A DNA stretch of 64,000 nucleotides from Candidatus Bathyarchaeota archaeon (lineage in GTDB: Archaea; Thermoproteota; Bathyarchaeia; Bathyarchaeales; Bathycorpusculaceae), in assembly GCA_963815095.1 (NCBI GenBank), contig CAWFFH010000001.1, positions 117,759 to 181,758 on the forward strand, written 5' to 3'. The translations under genes were made by a program, and so were the position numbers. The notes beneath the pieces are model-generated. The model had not been told where the DNA came from. It saw nothing but the letters and a program-made list of their open reading frames with translations, and made no database searches. This document shows positions 1-9,423 of the stretch, piece by piece. Positions within the stretch are counted from its first letter, which is position 1; each line of letters starts with the position of its first letter.

Positions 1-853
1 CTGCTCCAACGATTACGGCAACGTAGAAGAGCAGTGCGGCTGCCCGGTTGGCGAGATCTTGGGTTCGGGATTTGCTTTCTTGAGCTTGCCTAACAAGCTT
101 GACCACTTGAGATAGATAAGTTTCTTCGCCAGTGCGCTCAATTTTAACTGTTAAGGCACCATCGCCGTTTATTGCCCCGCCGATTACAGTATCTAAAGGC
201 TGTTTAAGCACAGGACGTGATTCACCCGTCAAAAGTGCTTCGTTAACAAAAGATTCTCCTTCAATTACAACGCTGTCCGATGGTGCTTTCTCGCCCGGAC
301 GAATCAAAATGACATCGCCGACTTTTAGTTCAGAAGCCGGCATATCCATGATCATTCCATCTTCCACCATATGGGCGGTGGTTGGCATTACTCTCACAAG
401 CTCTTCAAGTGCACGTGAGGCGCCTAGAACGCTTCTTGCTTCAAGCCAATGTCCAAGCAACATAACATCGATTAAGGTAGCGAGTTCCCAGAAAAAGTCG
501 TTACCCACTGGGAAAAAAACTGTTGCAGCAGAAAAGAAAAAGGCAACCGAGATTGCGGATCCTATGAGTGTCATCATTCCCGGTTGTCGTGCTCTAAGTT
601 CCTGAATCGATCCCTTGAGGAACGGCCAACCGCCGTATGCATATATGATTAACGATAGAACTAAAAGAACGTACGTTTGATATGGAAACGTTAGATTGTA
701 GTGAAACCATGTTTGAATGGCTTGTGAAAAAATCAAAACTGGAATTGTGAGAATAAGGCAAACAAAAAATCGGGTTCTTAAGGGTTCTGAATGCATACTA
801 TGGTTTGGAAATTGGGGTTTCATCCCCTGCATGCTATGGCCCTCATGGTTCAT
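1..853 (-). CDS. copB: Copper-translocating P1B-type ATPase (CopB-like), N-terminal part; runs off the window
   Basis: Manual minus-strand translation from the ATG at 853. His/Met-rich N-terminus MNHEGHSMQGM, then YGGWPFL, PGMMTLI, FFWELATLIDVMLLGHWLE, RPGEK and LTGES actuator motif. Missing from the ORF track because it has no stop in the window. Confidence 0.9.
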   Translation of the reverse strand, partial: MNHEGHSMQGMKPQFPNHSMHSEPLRTRFFVCLILTIPVLIFSQAIQTWFHYNLTFPYQTYVLLVLSLIIYAYGGWPFLKGSIQELRARQPGMMTLIGSAISVAFFFSAATVFFPVGNDFFWELATLIDVMLLGHWLEARSVLGASRALEELVRVMPTTAHMVEDGMIMDMPASELKVGDVILIRPGEKAPSDSVVIEGESFVNEALLTGESRPVLKQPLDTVIGGAINGDGALTVKIERTGEETYLSQVVKLVRQAQESKSRTQDLANRAAALLFYVAVIVGA

Positions 854-997
854 ATTTGCTCAAGTCATAATTAGTGCTGTGAAAGAAAAAAGTTACTTAA
901 AAACATCTAAAATTAATGCCAACATCCGAAGCTTATCAGAAGGTCTAAATTATTGCTCGTTTTTTCTAATGACCGCATAAAACTGTTTTGGGTTTTT

Positions 998-1125
998 GAT
1001 GAATCCCCGGTTAACTTGGCGCAAACGCGAAGTTTTGGAAGAGAGAGGGGAACATAACTTTGTCGCTGGCGTTATGTTAACCGGTGATTCTTCGACGCTT
1101 CGGATTATCTCGTCCTACGCCGTTT
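998..1125 (+). ncRNA. Candidate structured RNA: ~96-nt irregular hairpin followed by a CTTCGG motif
   Basis: GAATCCCCGGTTAAC (1001-1015) pairs with GTTAACCGGTGATTC (1076-1090). Inner helices contain three G-U pairs that work only on the + strand. Confidence 0.4.
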
Positions 1126-1195
1126 AATATTCAATGGTATTTGGATAATAAAAATTAATGTGGGTGTAGCGTTACAACAACAACTTATCTGATTT

Positions 1196-1867
1196 TCAAC
1201 GTTTTTTTGAGGGTTTTTGTTTTTCTTTACTTGTTTTCCTGGGTTTAAACATTACCGCGGCTTTCTTTAAGTCTAGAGGTGTGATTACCCTGAAGAACGA
1301 CTTTAAGTCGGGATCTAACTGTTCAATGACCAGCATAGACATGTAACGTACTCCACGCATCTTCTCAACCATTGTCTGCATGTCGAGTTGGTTTTCCTCT
1401 AACGTTTCTTTTGCAGCTTTCAAGGCTTGTTTTGTGTTGTAAACAGCGTGTATGGGTTCAATATCTTGGTTTGTATATCGTGGAACAGTAGCTGCTTTAC
1501 CAAGACCGCAGTCAAAGAGCAAAGACAAAACTTCTTGGGAAACAAACGGGCTATCAAACGGTAAAAGTGCGGAATATTCTCCACTAGCTGCCTCAAAACC
1601 AGTTAAAGCTCCAACCAAAGGCCATTTAGATTCACGATCTTCAACAACAAACCTGACTGTTGGCGCAAGCAGTTTTGAATATTTGTCTGCGCTCTCTTGA
1701 GAGGTCGTTACTACGATAATTTCGTCTACAAGACCTTTCACGGTATCAACTGCACGGCTAATTAATGATTTACCTTCCAGTTCTACAATGCCTTTATCGC
1801 AATTGAACTTGTTTGAGGAACTGTCTGCCAGAATAATCGCTGACTTATTCAACAATTGCATCTCCAA
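1196..1867 (-). CDS. mobA: Molybdenum cofactor guanylyltransferase-like protein (MobA family), Gly-rich loop degenerate
   Basis: AIILA..S..F..DKG, PLVGALTG, LPFDSPF, IEPIHAVY and SFFRVITPLDL match the MobA fold. The canonical LAGG is replaced by LADS. Confidence 0.75.
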   Translation of the reverse strand: MEMQLLNKSAIILADSSSNKFNCDKGIVELEGKSLISRAVDTVKGLVDEIIVVTTSQESADKYSKLLAPTVRFVVEDRESKWPLVGALTGFEAASGEYSALLPFDSPFVSQEVLSLLFDCGLGKAATVPRYTNQDIEPIHAVYNTKQALKAAKETLEENQLDMQTMVEKMRGVRYMSMLVIEQLDPDLKSFFRVITPLDLKKAAVMFKPRKTSKEKQKPSKKR

Positions 1868-1932
1868 TTAGGAAATTCTAGCACGTGCAGTATTGTTTAA
1901 GCTTTTTCGTTAAGAAAATAAAAGAAAATAGG

Positions 1933-2721
1933 CTAGTTCACTTCGTTGGTCTCTATCTTTCTTGCCATCTCAGCGAGTATCTTGGTGAAGGGGTGGTCGG
2001 GTTTATCCTGAACGAAAATCAGGTTTCCTTCGGCTCTGAGGATTTCGCAGAAACATGGCACCATACCCAGCATTGGAACTTGATAGTCAGCTTTGATTTT
2101 ATTTTGCATCTCAGTTTTTTTAGCAGTAGCTCCCGCATCTAGCACCTTGTTTAGCACTAAACCTGTTTTCTTCTCGAAAAGGTTGTAGAGTTCTTGGAGC
2201 ATTCGTTTTGTTCCGTCTACGTCTGATCGGTCGCCCGTTGTTGCGACAACCACAAAATCAGCAGCTACGATTGCGTTAATTGAGGAGTATTGTAATCCTG
2301 GACTTGTGTCAAAAATTAAATAGTCAAATTTCTGGTCTTTAAGCAATGTGTCCTTGAGTGCCAGAAGTCGACCTAAGGCACGCATTTCCCACTTGCGGTC
2401 TTTTGAGGATACGTCGCGGATTGCTTCTGTAGCTGGGTTTGCTAAGCAAGCGTAGAACTTGCCGCTTCCTGGTATTCTGCTGCTTAAATCTATGAGGGTT
2501 TTGTTGATTTCGCATGTGTTGTTTAGGTAATCGTTGAGCCAGAAATCTGCATTAGGAGTTTTGAGGATGGCAAACAAGCTTGGGGCTCGAAAGTCAAGGT
2601 CAAAAATGGCGACTTTCTTTCCATTTTTGGCGAAGGTTGCTGCTAAATTGACTGAAAGCAGGGTTTTTCCTGTTCCGCCTTTGTATGAGTGTACTGCGAT
2701 TATTTTGCTCATGTCTTTCAA
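1933..2721 (-). CDS. MinD/ParA family ATPase
   Basis: Deviant Walker A KGGTGKT, DLDFRAP, DYLIFDTSPG and LVLNK. Confidence 0.9.
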   Translation of the reverse strand: MKDMSKIIAVHSYKGGTGKTLLSVNLAATFAKNGKKVAIFDLDFRAPSLFAILKTPNADFWLNDYLNNTCEINKTLIDLSSRIPGSGKFYACLANPATEAIRDVSSKDRKWEMRALGRLLALKDTLLKDQKFDYLIFDTSPGLQYSSINAIVAADFVVVATTGDRSDVDGTKRMLQELYNLFEKKTGLVLNKVLDAGATAKKTEMQNKIKADYQVPMLGMVPCFCEILRAEGNLIFVQDKPDHPFTKILAEMARKIETNEVN

Positions 2722-3110
2722 CTCTGTGTCTCTCTTTCTATGAAGAAATAGGCTTTGCGGCCATTACGTTCTTTCTTTAGGTAGCCCATAATGACTAGTT
2801 GGTTGAGGTAAGCGCTTTCTACTGCTCGGGCACGTTTAGTTTGATCTGAAATTTCTTCAGCTGTAGCTTTTGTTAGCCTGCAAATTGTCATAGCTGTCTT
2901 TCTTAGGTGATCAGGCATCGATAGAAGAGTCATAACATCCAAAGATGCATCGGGTAATGCTAATGATGTTTTTTGGTTATTGGGGTTGCCGTTGCTGTTC
3001 TTTTGGATTTCAATCATGATTTCTATTTTGTCGTTTAGTTTCTCGAGGCTTTCTTCTATCTTTTCTAAGATGTTTAAGGGTTTTTTATTTGATAGTTCGT
3101 TTCTAATCAC
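2718..3110 (-). CDS. Coiled-coil plus winged-helix DNA-binding protein, coupled to the MinD/ParA gene
   Basis: N-terminal heptad helix, then ATAEEISDQTKRARAVESAYLNQLVIMGYLKKERNGRK (wHTH). Overlaps the ATPase start by 4 bp. Confidence 0.75.
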   Translation of the reverse strand: MIRNELSNKKPLNILEKIEESLEKLNDKIEIMIEIQKNSNGNPNNQKTSLALPDASLDVMTLLSMPDHLRKTAMTICRLTKATAEEISDQTKRARAVESAYLNQLVIMGYLKKERNGRKAYFFIERETQS

Positions 3111-3303
3111 ACGTTATCCCCGAGTTATTTTTCATCTGTACAGTTTGATAATTTAAGGAAGTGGAGTTTATTAAGTCTTGCGAAACTTGAGTACTTATTT
3201 GAACTACATAAAAAAAAGCGATAAAACATTGCTGGCATTACTAAAAAAGAAAAAATTAATTGAAGACTATTTGAGGGGGTTTAAAGGGATTAAAACTGGG
3301 AAT

Positions 3304-3603
3304 TTAGTAGGGAATAGGAGTTTGACTTCTTGCTTCCTCTACTATAGGTAAGACTTGTTTTAATTCCTTGAAGTATTTCAGTACTGTTATTCCTCGTTGT
3401 GTAACAACGAAAACTACGCGAGCTTTACCCACGGTACGCTCTTCAACTAGACCCTGCTTTATGAGGAAGTCTAAGTATTCTTTGAGGACACTACAGTTAA
3501 CGTTTGCTTTGTACATGACATGTGTTAGCTTTAGGGGTCCTCGGTGGGCAAGCACTGTCAAGATGTCGACGTACATTTCAAGTTTTGATCTACGCACTTT
3601 CAT
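3304..3603 (-). CDS. Archaeal winged helix-turn-helix regulator (HTH_45-like)
   Basis: RRSKLEMYVDIL...LTHVMYKANVN...YLDFLIKQGLVEE...VTQRG. Start placed at ATG 3603; the ORF track uses 3624. Confidence 0.85.
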   Translation of the reverse strand: MKVRRSKLEMYVDILTVLAHRGPLKLTHVMYKANVNCSVLKEYLDFLIKQGLVEERTVGKARVVFVVTQRGITVLKYFKELKQVLPIVEEARSQTPIPY

Positions 3604-3686
3604 ATTCCTCTTTTTTTTATTCAATGCTCCGTTTTATTATAAAACATTTATGTATTAATAATCAGTGTATTTGTCCATATCAGCGG

Positions 3687-3857
3687 TTAATTGGCTGTTT
3701 TCCTAGCAACATTGTTTAACACATTTAATCTATTTTCGAAGGCTGTAACCAAGTCATCTAGTAGTATTTCACGCAATTCTGTCGACAATCCGTTGATTTT
3801 CTCATCGAAGGCATTGGCTAATTTTGCTTCTAATTCTTTTCTATCTTTATCCGCCAT
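3687..3857 (-). CDS. Small helical hypothetical protein (56 aa)
   Basis: MADKDRKELEAKLANAFDEKINGLSTELREILLDDLVTAFENRLNVL. Amphipathic, protein-like and co-oriented with the cluster. Confidence 0.65.
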   Translation of the reverse strand: MADKDRKELEAKLANAFDEKINGLSTELREILLDDLVTAFENRLNVLNNVARKTAN

Positions 3858-4408
3858 TAGCTTCATACAATTTGCTCCAATTTCTGATGACAATGAGATA
3901 GTTGAAGGTATATAACTCACTTATGAATGCAACATATGAATCGATAATCGATAATCGAAATCAAACTTCGTCCTGGAGATATTTAATCGTGCTTGCCTTG
4001 ACCTGTTTCTTTCCGTTGTCACTTTTTTGTGGTTCATTGGCGAAACGGTTTACAGTTTCTGGGTGGAATTTCGTTGATTGTTAAAATTTAAAGGTGCGGC
4101 AGTTATAATAATTTTTATATAACCCATAGGGGGTGGATTTAGATTAAAGAGCAATATTTCGTCTCGTTATTGTCAATTCTAATTTTTCGAAAATGAATAT
4201 GATTTATGTGTTTTTGTTTGATACAGCAATCGCTGTCTGTTTATGTGAATTTTTATTAAGTAGTTGTTGTTTGTTTACAATCACAAACAAATTTAAGCAG
4301 CATTTGTCTTTTTTAAATATGAAAAGTGTTAGATCAGAAATTCAATTGTATCTTTTTTGAAGGTTTTTTTTAGTGTTTAACTCTTTTAAAGAGAAATCGT
4401 GGAGTGTT

Positions 4409-4591
4409 ATGCTCCTGAAAGGATACGTTTCTAACGATCAGGTTCGTGCGGAGCGGTGCGAAAACTGTAAATCAAGAACAGAAGTCTTAACCGCAAATTA
4501 CAACAACCCCAACCTCCTGCTATATGGTTGCAAGGACAGCAAATGCCGACATAGGTTTCTAAGATTGGATTTTGATTCCGCAGCCTTCTAA
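4409..4591 (+). CDS. Small zinc-ribbon protein
   Basis: GGAG SD before ATG 4409; CENC...CKDSKC. Confidence 0.55.
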   Translation: MLLKGYVSNDQVRAERCENCKSRTEVLTANYNNPNLLLYGCKDSKCRHRFLRLDFDSAAF

Positions 4592-4842
4592 GAAAGAAAC
4601 CTTAAGAGCATAAACTATACCTGAAACTGACTCGGAAAATTTCTTCTTAAAGATTTTCTTACTCATGATTATTTAGGTAAAACTAAGAGAAAAACTAATC
4701 TGTTAACGTTGCTTTTATGAGGTATAGAACATAAATTTTCACTGTTCCTTTCTGCTTTTAAAAAATAATTACATTTTTGAAGGCTAAGAAAGCAAACAAT
4801 AAATAATGTTTAGTACTGGATTTAAGTTAGAGCTACTTTTGG

Positions 4843-5598
4843 ATGGTGCAGGTAATGGAAAAAAAAGTTGGGGACGATTTTCAATCTGAATCAAAGTACA
4901 ATCGTAACAAAAGAATGGGCGGCAACTTGGATTGGGTAAACAAACCAGAAATTTACAAAGACTATCCATCCAGCAAAACTATTCAATTACCAAACCAGTT
5001 TCAAGAATCAATGATTAGTTTTAACAATATTCTTCAAAAACGTAAGAGTATCCGTTCTTTCTCGAGTGAGCCGTTGAGCAAGGTTGATTTGGCTTTTCTT
5101 CTTTGGGCATCCACCGGTATTCAAAGAACTGAACACAATTATGAGTTTCGCACAACTCCCTCGGCTGGAGCATTGTATCCAATCGAGACTTACATAACTA
5201 TTAACGATGTGCAAGATGTGGAACAAGGTATCTATCACTATAACATAAAGAATCATTCATTAGAAGAAATAAAAATTGGAAATTTTGGAGCCAGATTAGC
5301 TCATGCAGCCTTGGACCAAGAGATGTGTGCAGACTCATCAGTTGTCTTCATCTGGACAGCTGTTTTCGGGAGGTCAAAGTGGAAATACTCGCAGAGAGCC
5401 TACAGATACATCTATTTAGATGCAGGGCACATTGCACAAAATTTGGCGTTAGCGTCAACCAGTATTGGTTGTGGGTCCTGTGAAATTGGGGCTTTCTTTG
5501 ATGATGAAATTAATTCATTAGTAGGGATAGATGGAACGGAAGAGAGCGCAATTTGTCTTAATGTAGTTGGTCATCCTAATCGGCCAAACAACAAATAA
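4843..5598 (+). CDS. SagB/ThcOx-family nitroreductase-like dehydrogenase
   Basis: RKSIRSFS, RTTPSAGALYPIETY, YRYIYLDAGHIAQNLAL and CEIGAFFDD. Confidence 0.92.
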   Translation: MVQVMEKKVGDDFQSESKYNRNKRMGGNLDWVNKPEIYKDYPSSKTIQLPNQFQESMISFNNILQKRKSIRSFSSEPLSKVDLAFLLWASTGIQRTEHNYEFRTTPSAGALYPIETYITINDVQDVEQGIYHYNIKNHSLEEIKIGNFGARLAHAALDQEMCADSSVVFIWTAVFGRSKWKYSQRAYRYIYLDAGHIAQNLALASTSIGCGSCEIGAFFDDEINSLVGIDGTEESAICLNVVGHPNRPNNK

Positions 5599-5691
5599 TG
5601 ACTTAAAATAGATAAAGAAGAGCTATGGATCCTGCCAATCAGAAGTTAAAATATTCCTAAAATGCCTTTAGTGATCTTCTCTTAAAAAAGA

Positions 5692-5820
5692 AGTTAAAGG
5701 CATTTTGATAATGAATTTTATTCCTTTACTTGTTTCCGCCATCTTCAGTTATGGTCCTTCATAGACATCTATCATTTTCTTAGAAAGGAATAATCCAAAA
5801 CCTGTGCTCCGATCTGTGCT
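5692..5820 (-). pseudogene. Remnant of a histidine-kinase HATPase_c C-terminus
   Basis: Minus-strand STGFGLFLSKKMIDVY then, after frameshifts, TITEDG and ETSKGIKFIIKMP (G2 box and terminal strand). No upstream coding sequence. Confidence 0.55.
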
Positions 5821-6014
5821 TCGAGTCCGATTGTTGTCCCTGATCTAACTTGCTTCTTGTGGATTATTGATGGCTATCATTGTCCTCCGTTACAATTATT
5901 TAGCCCCGATAGTAAATGCCTTAAGATTTAAAGTCGAACTCTTATAGAAAAGTCTCATAGAGTAATAACTATAGTTTATTAGGAAGTTTTTAGAATAATG
6001 CGTTACGCTCAAAG

Positions 6015-6091
6015 GCGGTAATAGTACAGCTTGGTCAGTACATAGGCTTGCCAAGTCTAGGACCCGGGTTCAAATCCCGGTTACCGCACCA
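6015..6091 (+). tRNA. tRNA-Gly(GCC) with encoded CCA
   Basis: Acceptor stem GCGGTAA/TTACCGC, anticodon arm TAGGC-TTGCCAA-GTCTA, T arm CCGGG-TTCAAAT-CCCGG, ends ACCA. Confidence 0.96.
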
Positions 6092-6646
6092 ATCTTCCAA
6101 TTCAATTCCTCATCTTATTCTTCTTTCAGATAATCGTTATAAGTTACAAGAAAGCAGCCAATGCACAACCAAAAAGAAATCTTGGAATTCAGGTATGAAA
6201 CGCCTCGAGGTCTTTGTATCTAAGAAATTAAACAATTGCTTAAGGACATGCTGAAAAGCGCGCATATTTTAGCAGGGGCGAAGCTGTAACTGACACCGTC
6301 ATGCGAGAATTACGGTCTGCGGGCTTTCGTCTATAAGTAAAGAACATAATTTTTTCCGTAGTAATATTTTAACCACTGCTTTTTCACTACATCAATTGCG
6401 AAGTTATGGTTTCACTTTTCTGTCTGGCGCAAGGGTCTTGCGGTTCTTGAAACGGAAAAAAAAGCATCACGAAACATTAGTCTCGTTAATCTTCTAAAAA
6501 AAATGCCTTTTCGTAGTAGCGGCTTTCCTTGTGGACTTGCTATCTAGAAGCAAAGTTTGACCACTGCGAAACTGTGTTTTCGCTATACGGATTCCTCAAC
6601 AAACCTTTTAACTACTACCTTTGAAAGGAAACCAATGGTGTGAGTA

Positions 6647-7078
6647 ATGATGAGCAATGATTTCTCAGAAGACCCTAATGCCCCCTATTTCGGTCAAAGA
6701 TGTTTTGGGCTTCTTTTTTCTGTTTGGCGTTCACCGCAATGGATTTTAGATTTATCTCATTCGATCGAAGAAAAAATAGGTGGCGCTCTTCTTTGCGGTG
6801 ATGGCCCACTTCAGATTATACGGGAAGGAAAACAGCCTATTTGTATGATTTACTTAGGTAGTCGTGTTATCGGAGTTGCGAGACTATTGGGTGTAGAAGT
6901 CAATTCGGCTATAAAATATGTTCCTGCAGAAGGCAATTTAAAAATGCCCTGTTGCTTAGTGCTTGGTAGCTTTGACTGTCAAATACTCCGTGAGATTAAA
7001 CTCGCTTTTCCGCATGCTTTCAAAGACAATCCAAGTTGGAGAATAATTCGCTTCAAGCAAATTTCCGACTCAACATAG
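6647..7078 (+). CDS. Hypothetical protein
   Basis: 143-aa ORF preceded by GGTG; no motif recognised. Confidence 0.55.
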   Translation: MMSNDFSEDPNAPYFGQRCFGLLFSVWRSPQWILDLSHSIEEKIGGALLCGDGPLQIIREGKQPICMIYLGSRVIGVARLLGVEVNSAIKYVPAEGNLKMPCCLVLGSFDCQILREIKLAFPHAFKDNPSWRIIRFKQISDST

Positions 7079-7360
7079 TTTTAGCACCGTGTTGTTGTGA
7101 CTTATGGTAACCGAAGCTTTGAACTGCACGTCTAGGTCTCGATTACCGAACTCGCATAATTTCAATTTAATGCTTTATCTACCAAATTCGTTGTGTCTCC
7201 GAAGTAAAAAGTGTAAGAATGAATGAAGTTAACGCTATCTTTGTTGTTTTAACCTATTTGAAATGGCATTCTCTTAGATTACTTCTCTTTACAGATTTCA
7301 TTAATAAAATTGGCGCGTTGCATCACTGATAAATACAACTTTTATAATAATGAGTAATAG

Positions 7361-8311
7361 ATGCTAGTTCTTAAACGAAGTAAAATAATGTCGTTGATTG
7401 CGCTATTAATCACAGTCATATTGATTATTTCAGTAGTGTTCATTATTCAATATTATCCGAAGCCTACGACTGGTCCACATGCTTCCTCGACACCTGTTCC
7501 TTCTTCTCATCCAACCCCCACAACCAATCCAACATCAACTCCAAAGTCCAGTTCTACAGCCACTCCACAACCCACACGAGCTCCTTATCTATTCCCAAGC
7601 GAAGTAACTAATTATCAGAACCAAACCCTAACTACGGTTAGTGCTTACATCGACTTAATTATTGCACATCCGGATGTTGCCATCGCTGGAATACAGCATG
7701 TAGATCAAGCAACATACCACTTAGCAATTACTGGTATGGTAAATAATCCAATAAATTATACCTACAATGAAGTCGTCAACAACTTCAATTCAACCTTGCA
7801 AGTGGCTACGTTACCGTGTGTCGAAGGATGGAGTGCAACCTTGCTCTGGCAAGGCATCCCGATAAGTGACCTTCTCCAGCAACAGGGTGTGGGTCCAAAT
7901 GCAAACACACTTATTTTCTTGGCAGCCGACGGCTACACAACTTCGCTACCCTTGAGCTACGTGAACGAGAATAACATTATGATAGCCTACAAAATGAACA
8001 ACGTTACCCTTACACCCCAAACCGGATTTCCATTCTTTTTGGTAGCTAAAAACCAATATGGATACAAATGGATAGAGTGGCTAACAGAAATCAATGTATC
8101 CAGCGATTCAAACTATCTTGGATTCTGGGAAAGTCGAGGTTACCCAAACAACGCAACAGTTCTTGGCTCCGCACAACCCATAGGCAGTGCTCAACTCATC
8201 CTTCCAGCGGTCGCCATTTCAGTTGCATCCGTGGCTATTGGGGCGGCCGTAATTGTTTCTCGGCGCCAAGTAAAGAATAAGCAAAAATTAATCACGATCG
8301 CGGTACATTGA
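7361..8311 (+). CDS. Membrane-anchored molybdopterin-dependent oxidoreductase (sulfite oxidase/YedY family)
   Basis: N-terminal TM, P/T/S linker, TLPCVEGW (Mo-ligating Cys), GFPFFLV, YGYKWIEWL, GFWESRGY, C-terminal TM. Confidence 0.88.
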   Translation: MLVLKRSKIMSLIALLITVILIISVVFIIQYYPKPTTGPHASSTPVPSSHPTPTTNPTSTPKSSSTATPQPTRAPYLFPSEVTNYQNQTLTTVSAYIDLIIAHPDVAIAGIQHVDQATYHLAITGMVNNPINYTYNEVVNNFNSTLQVATLPCVEGWSATLLWQGIPISDLLQQQGVGPNANTLIFLAADGYTTSLPLSYVNENNIMIAYKMNNVTLTPQTGFPFFLVAKNQYGYKWIEWLTEINVSSDSNYLGFWESRGYPNNATVLGSAQPIGSAQLILPAVAISVASVAIGAAVIVSRRQVKNKQKLITIAVH

Positions 8312-8471
8312 GCAATGTTCGTCGAAAGCACCATTTTTTAATGAAATTTAGATTTACTGTTTTGTTGTTGATTAAGTACAGTCACAATAGTATATGTAGT
8401 CTTGTTCCTTCTCACCTATTACCAAGCAATCGGCATAACAGTTGCTCAATTATTTCTTAGAAGGAAAAATT

Positions 8472-9176
8472 ATGGTTGATATAATTGATACATTTAATTC
8501 GGCTGGAACCTTCAAAAGGTTTGTTTCAGCAGTTCAAGCAGCAGACCTAGTTGATACGCTCAGAGATGGCTTTTTCACGGTTTTTGCACCCGATGATCAA
8601 GCTTTCGCGAACCTTCCAGAAGGCACGATTGAAGGTCTTCTAAAAGATACGCCAAAGTTGACGGCAGTGTTAATGTATCATATGGTAGCAGGAAAACTTA
8701 CAATTGACAAAATAAGCAAATTAGATTCAGCCAAAACACTTCAAGGTCAAGAAATCAAAATTAACGCTCGCAAATGGCATCTTCACGTTCCCCCAAAAAT
8801 CAACGACGCAAACATAACAAACACTGACATCCTATCCGACAACGGGGTAATTCATGTTTTAGATAGAGTTCTTATGCCAGATATGGCGCTAACTTGCATG
8901 GTGTGTGGGATGGGCTTTATGACAATGGAAGCTTTGAATAATCATACCAAAGTGATTCATATGGCAAAGAAAATGTCTGAGCCAAATCCGCCTGTTGAGA
9001 TTGTGCGCACCGTTGAAAAAGCCACGGCACCAATGCCAATCACTCGGGAGGTTCCTTTGAGGGGAATAGAGCCTAATCAGATTCTTTGTCCATTCTGCTC
9101 TAAACCATTTAAAACTCGTCATGAAATGGATCGGCATATGGACGCTTCACATCATGAATCAAAAGGACACGAGTAA
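8472..9176 (+). CDS. Fasciclin (FAS1) domain fused to two C2H2 zinc fingers
   Basis: FTVFAPDDQAF, LMYHMV and NGVIHVLDRVL, then CMVCG...HTKVIH and CPFC...HMDASH. Confidence 0.85.
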   Translation: MVDIIDTFNSAGTFKRFVSAVQAADLVDTLRDGFFTVFAPDDQAFANLPEGTIEGLLKDTPKLTAVLMYHMVAGKLTIDKISKLDSAKTLQGQEIKINARKWHLHVPPKINDANITNTDILSDNGVIHVLDRVLMPDMALTCMVCGMGFMTMEALNNHTKVIHMAKKMSEPNPPVEIVRTVEKATAPMPITREVPLRGIEPNQILCPFCSKPFKTRHEMDRHMDASHHESKGHE

Positions 9177-9203
9177 ACTAACGAATTCGTAGGAGATGAT
9201 TGG

Positions 9204-9335
9204 GTGAGTAAGAAAGGAGAAACAGGAGAACAAGATCGGGGAAAACCTCAACCTCGAAAAAAGAAAGATCGAGACGTTGCTCGCAAGCAGAAGAAACTAG
9301 GCAGGCTTGAAAGACAGCAATCGAGACAGGAATAA
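9204..9335 (+). CDS. Small highly basic protein (43 aa), not in ORF track
   Basis: GGAGATGA SD, GTG start, MSKKGETGEQDRGKPQPRKKKDRDVARKQKKLGRLERQQSRQE. Confidence 0.5.
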   Translation: MSKKGETGEQDRGKPQPRKKKDRDVARKQKKLGRLERQQSRQE

Positions 9336-9423
9336 TAAAATCCCTCTGCTTTTAGCCGTGATTCGAATAACCCCAAGAAAAGTATCTATTTTTTCTTGTT
9401 TCAGACAAGATCTGGCACGCTGA

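Noticed and set aside
132-980. ORFs 132..605 and 717..980 on the + strand
   Set aside because: Antisense shadows of the copB ATPase gene.
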